Below the pieces are notes generated by a model. It had not been told where the DNA came from and ran no database searches. It saw nothing but the letters and a program-made list of their open reading frames with translations. From an archaeon (lineage in GTDB: Archaea; Iainarchaeota; Iainarchaeia; Iainarchaeales; Iainarchaeaceae): a stretch of DNA of 23,935 bases. Position 1 is the first letter of the stretch. Each line of letters begins with the position of its first letter. This document shows positions 22,520-23,935 of this stretch, one piece after another. A program made the translations under genes and the position numbers. Location: assembly GCA_038046625.1 (NCBI GenBank), contig JBBSVV010000007.1, positions 18,541-42,475 of the forward strand. The letters run 5' to 3'.

Positions 22520-23065
22520 TTGGATTTGGTTTCGAACGATATAGTGATGCAGACCGTAAAGAGAATGCTCTCAAGCGGAGTTGACGAGGCAACCATACGC
22601 TCAACTCTTGAGGGCGTTAACCTCAGCGAAGACGAAATAACCAGGGTCATTCAGGAAGCCAAGGGCGGTTCAACACGGGAAACCAACAATGCAGGGGAAG
22701 AAGTTCAGGAAGGCGAATTAAGCGGCGAACCAGGCGACGATTTGGAGGAAGATGAGGGTTCCGAACAAATCGAATCAATGAGGCAGGAGCAGTCCGCACA
22801 GCACGCAACCACTCACGAGCTGCTTGATGAGCACTCGCAGAAGCTGGATGATGTGCACAGGAACGTTTCGGAACTGCACTCGAAAATGGATTCCGCTTCC
22901 ATTGCCCCTGAAAAGCTCGCAAAGCTTGACACTTTCGATGCGCGCCTCATTTCAATCGAGAAACAGCTCGGCGAAATAAAGGCGAACACGAACGCGCTGC
23001 AATCACTGCTCAAAAAAATTTTGGAAACCGACAGGCAGACGCTGCTCTCGCTGAAAAAGAAATAA
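22520..23065 (+). CDS. Acidic coiled-coil hypothetical protein
   Basis: 181-aa ORF; helical N-terminus, E/D-rich linker, C-terminal heptads; start uncertain (TTG 22520 or ATG 22547). Confidence 0.75.
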   Translation: MDLVSNDIVMQTVKRMLSSGVDEATIRSTLEGVNLSEDEITRVIQEAKGGSTRETNNAGEEVQEGELSGEPGDDLEEDEGSEQIESMRQEQSAQHATTHELLDEHSQKLDDVHRNVSELHSKMDSASIAPEKLAKLDTFDARLISIEKQLGEIKANTNALQSLLKKILETDRQTLLSLKKK

Positions 23066-23133
23066 TTTTTTTGGCTTCAAGAATTTTATGGATTTGCGCT
23101 GCTTTGCCGGGCAAAAAAAACAAGCGTTTTTTT

Positions 23134-23529
23134 TCACTTGAAAAGTTTCGTGATTTTGTCAAGTGCGCTTCCGGCAAGCTCATTGAGCACATTGAACAAC
23201 CCTGTTTTGGGTTCGATTCTTTTCTTCTCGCGCTTCGCCTTCTCCCCCGAAGCAATGGCTTTGGATGAGCTTGAAAGCACGTCCTCCGCAAACTCCTTTC
23301 CGCTCGGGCCCTTTGGCTTTGCCGCCTCCATTTCCTTTCCTTCGGCAGCAATTGTGTCCCCTAGGCCGCGCCACAAGGAGCCAAAAAAACTGAAAATGCC
23401 CGCAAAAATGTTTCCCGCAAGTTCGGCAATGATGAGGAAAACCACCAGGTAGGCTGCCCAAACGATTTGCGCCTGCACAAAGAGAAGCGCAAGCACCAAA
23501 AGAATTACTAACAGTATAATCTGGCGCAT
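23134..23529 (-). CDS. Hypothetical membrane protein
   Basis: Two N-terminal hydrophobic helices and a charged tail; TGATG overlap with the upstream gene. Confidence 0.75.
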   Translation of the reverse strand: MRQIILLVILLVLALLFVQAQIVWAAYLVVFLIIAELAGNIFAGIFSFFGSLWRGLGDTIAAEGKEMEAAKPKGPSGKEFAEDVLSSSSKAIASGEKAKREKKRIEPKTGLFNVLNELAGSALDKITKLFK

Positions 23530-23849
23530 CAGTAGCCCCCGCCCATTCCAAAGAGGTCGCCGTAGCCTCCCCCGGGCGGCTGCTCTCCTTGTTCATCCTT
23601 TGCCGAACCCAGGAGAATCGCCACAATGAGCAGGCCGAATATTGCTATGGGCCACAAATCATCAATGTTCCCCATTCCCACGACAAGGTAAAGCACGCCG
23701 GTTGCGATTATAAACGCGATTATCGTGGAAAGCTTTTTTGAAGTCAGTATGCTTATTATGAGCACCGCAAGCACTATCCATGTTTCATGCACCTGGATTG
23801 CGATGAGCATTATCAAAATCGAAACCAAAAAATTAAATGTGTCCATCAA
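23529..23849 (-). CDS. Hypothetical multi-pass membrane protein
   Basis: About four hydrophobic segments, Gly-rich tail; GAGGTG SD. Confidence 0.75.
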   Translation of the reverse strand: MMDTFNFLVSILIMLIAIQVHETWIVLAVLIISILTSKKLSTIIAFIIATGVLYLVVGMGNIDDLWPIAIFGLLIVAILLGSAKDEQGEQPPGGGYGDLFGMGGGY

Positions 23850-23856
23850 CCGACAC

Positions 23857-23904
23857 CTCGGTTGGGGAGGTACACTACCTCTCGGTTGGGGAGGTACACT
23901 ACCT
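23857..23904. repeat. Perfect 24-bp tandem duplication
   Basis: CTCGGTTGGGGAGGTACACTACCT twice; each unit (plus the following C) holds a GAGGTA-CAC-TACCTC hairpin. Confidence 0.9.
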
Positions 23905-23935
23905 CGATTCTCTCGGTAGGGTTAGCTCGCTTCGC

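Noticed and set aside
23110..23135. A8/T8 hairpin between convergent genes
   Set aside because: No third tract or family linker; ordinary terminator-like sequence.

Overview
Archaeal genomic window; archaeal PolB, type II MetAP, BHB tRNA introns and TATA-like promoters suggest a DPANN lineage such as Diapherotrites/Iainarchaeota (inference). It encodes a partial caspase-like lipoprotein, a metzincin protease, two PIN toxin-antitoxin pairs, hisS, a repeat-domain lipoprotein, a GT-A glycosyltransferase, a proCBA operon, a DUF3800-like gene, a free-standing LAGLIDADG gene overlapping tRNA-Leu, map, polB, a degenerate HerA-like ATPase, several hypotheticals and six tRNAs, two with introns. The main unexplained signal is a dispersed ~50-bp element present in 10 copies plus 1 partial. 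Its layout is pyrimidine tract / loop / reverse-complement purine tract / 8-nt linker / mirror-image purine tract, which is the geometry of an intrastrand triple helix. The tract sequence changes between copies while all three tracts co-vary. Copies abut tRNA 5' ends, follow gene 3' ends and make up most of both tRNA introns. Other candidates are an A-B-B-A array of ~45-bp palindromes, an orphan structured RNA, a His-containing leader ORF upstream of tRNA-His/hisS, and a Tyr-to-His change at the PolB steric gate.
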